Positions 58,428 to 59,145 of a DNA stretch of 59,145 bases are shown here, in pieces. Under the pieces are notes generated by a model. The model made no database searches. It was not told where the DNA came from and was given only the letters and a program-made list of their open reading frames with translations. Each line of letters begins with the position of its first letter. The first letter of the stretch is position 1. The translations under genes were made by a program, and so were the position numbers. The stretch is from a virus (lineage: Duplodnaviria > Caudoviricetes). The stretch is taken from IMG/VR virus record IMGVR_UViG_3300022841_000020, positions 1 through 59,145 of that record, one strand, 5' to 3'.

Positions 58428-58931
58428 TCAACGTTTTTTCTCAACGTCTGAGCTTCCAAAAAAGAAACCAAATATTCCCAACGCAACACCCTCAACTATT
58501 CCAATAAGATGTATAAATATCTCCTTGTTTGATTCAGGTATGTCTAAGAAAACTATTGAATAAACAACAAAAGCAAAGACTCCTAGTCCAATAAATCCAG
58601 ATACGTTGTACAACAAATCTTTTTTTCCAGATTTAGCAATTTCAACTTGTCTAGTCCTTGCTGCATTTCTGTCAGCAACTTGGATTTCGTATTCTTTAAT
58701 GTCTAATTCCAGCTCGGCTAAAAGCATATCTTTATCTATTTGAGAAATATCAGCAGAGTCACTTATCTTGTTAGCTAAGGTTCCTAAAGCTTTTACGCCG
58801 GTCAAACTCCCCGCAAGCTGTAAAAGTTCTGGAGCAAATTCTTTGCCTTGTTTGATTAACCAACGGAATCCATCGCCCACCTTAGATGTTCCGTTCTTTT
58901 CTTTGTAAGATTGTTTTTTTGGATCTACCAT
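58428..58931 (-). CDS. Holin-like membrane protein
   Basis: DRNAARTRQ followed by two TM helices and FFFGSS; coupled to endolysin. Confidence 0.7.
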   Translation of the reverse strand: MVDPKKQSYKEKNGTSKVGDGFRWLIKQGKEFAPELLQLAGSLTGVKALGTLANKISDSADISQIDKDMLLAELELDIKEYEIQVADRNAARTRQVEIAKSGKKDLLYNVSGFIGLGVFAFVVYSIVFLDIPESNKEIFIHLIGIVEGVALGIFGFFFGSSDVEKKR

Positions 58932-59145
58932 GTTCTATTTCTGGATATGTCAATATGAATAAAATGCTCAGAAACATAATGCTTAAAGCCACCAATCCAT
59001 TTATTTTTTAAAAGGTTAGACAGATAAGTCATTTTTTCTTTGTCCTCAGTAGTTATATCATTTGCCTTAGACAAATGAGCGCTGTTACCGCTTCGTCCTT
59101 TGCTTAATTCATGTCTTAATGTACGTTTACCACAAGTAATAAAGA
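58925..59145 (-). CDS. Peptidase M15A endolysin, C-terminal part (5' truncated by window edge)
   Basis: Hand translation: ITCGKR...SAHLSKAND...FIHIDISRNRTW*. Confidence 0.85.
   Translation of the reverse strand, partial: FITCGKRTLRHELSKGRSGNSAHLSKANDITTEDKEKMTYLSNLLKNKWIGGFKHYVSEHFIHIDISRNRTW

Larger units (their letters stand above)
1..59145. mobile_element. Near-complete temperate Bacteroidota (Flavobacteriaceae-like) tailed phage genome, non-integrated form
   Basis: Terminase, portal, MCP, tail, lysis, integrase, CI, RecT and replication genes; no host housekeeping genes; integrase and candidate attP are internal; TAnnTTTG promoters. Confidence 0.93.

Noticed and set aside
1-59145. Stop-codon reassignment as in some crAss-like phages
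   Set aside because: Long genes are intact in code 11, and TAA, TAG and TGA all end genes

Overview
The whole 59.1-kb AT-rich window looks like a nearly complete, circularly permuted genome of a temperate Bacteroidota (probably Flavobacteriaceae) tailed phage in its non-integrated form. Host assignment rests on recurring TAnnTTTG promoters, SD-less AT-rich translation starts and DUF3127/DUF285 genes. The minus strand (27.7-59.1 kb, continuing at 0-4.6 kb) carries a podovirus-type, crAss-like-ordered virion module: endolysin/holin, GroES-like, TerS, TerL, portal, scaffold, MCP, tail rings, split muzzle, GNAT, three ejection proteins, tail fibre and DUF285 adhesin. No RNA or DNA polymerase is recognisable. 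The plus strand (19-27.7 kb) carries a lambdoid-style recombination/replication module (SMC-like ATPase, MazG, RecT, MBL nuclease, SSB, initiator with iterons). The centre holds a lysogeny module (integrase, candidate attP, CI). Around a non-coding candidate terminus (10.75-11.65 kb) lie two divergent anti-defence regions: three tandem DNA methyltransferases, and an early operon with ArdA and a JAB/RadC protein. The most notable unexplained structure is non-coding. (1) Near-identical hairpin plus translation-start repeats bracket anti-restriction genes as if they were exchangeable cassettes. (2) Two sequence-unrelated leaders share one c4/CI-like antisense-attenuator topology upstream of antirepressor-class genes. 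(3) A TTCCCGACA tandem motif marks attP and also the candidate terminus. (4) An rrn-type boxA follows the early promoter. (5) A ParB domain is embedded in the giant ejection protein. All protein calls come from motif recognition by eye; no database searches were run.
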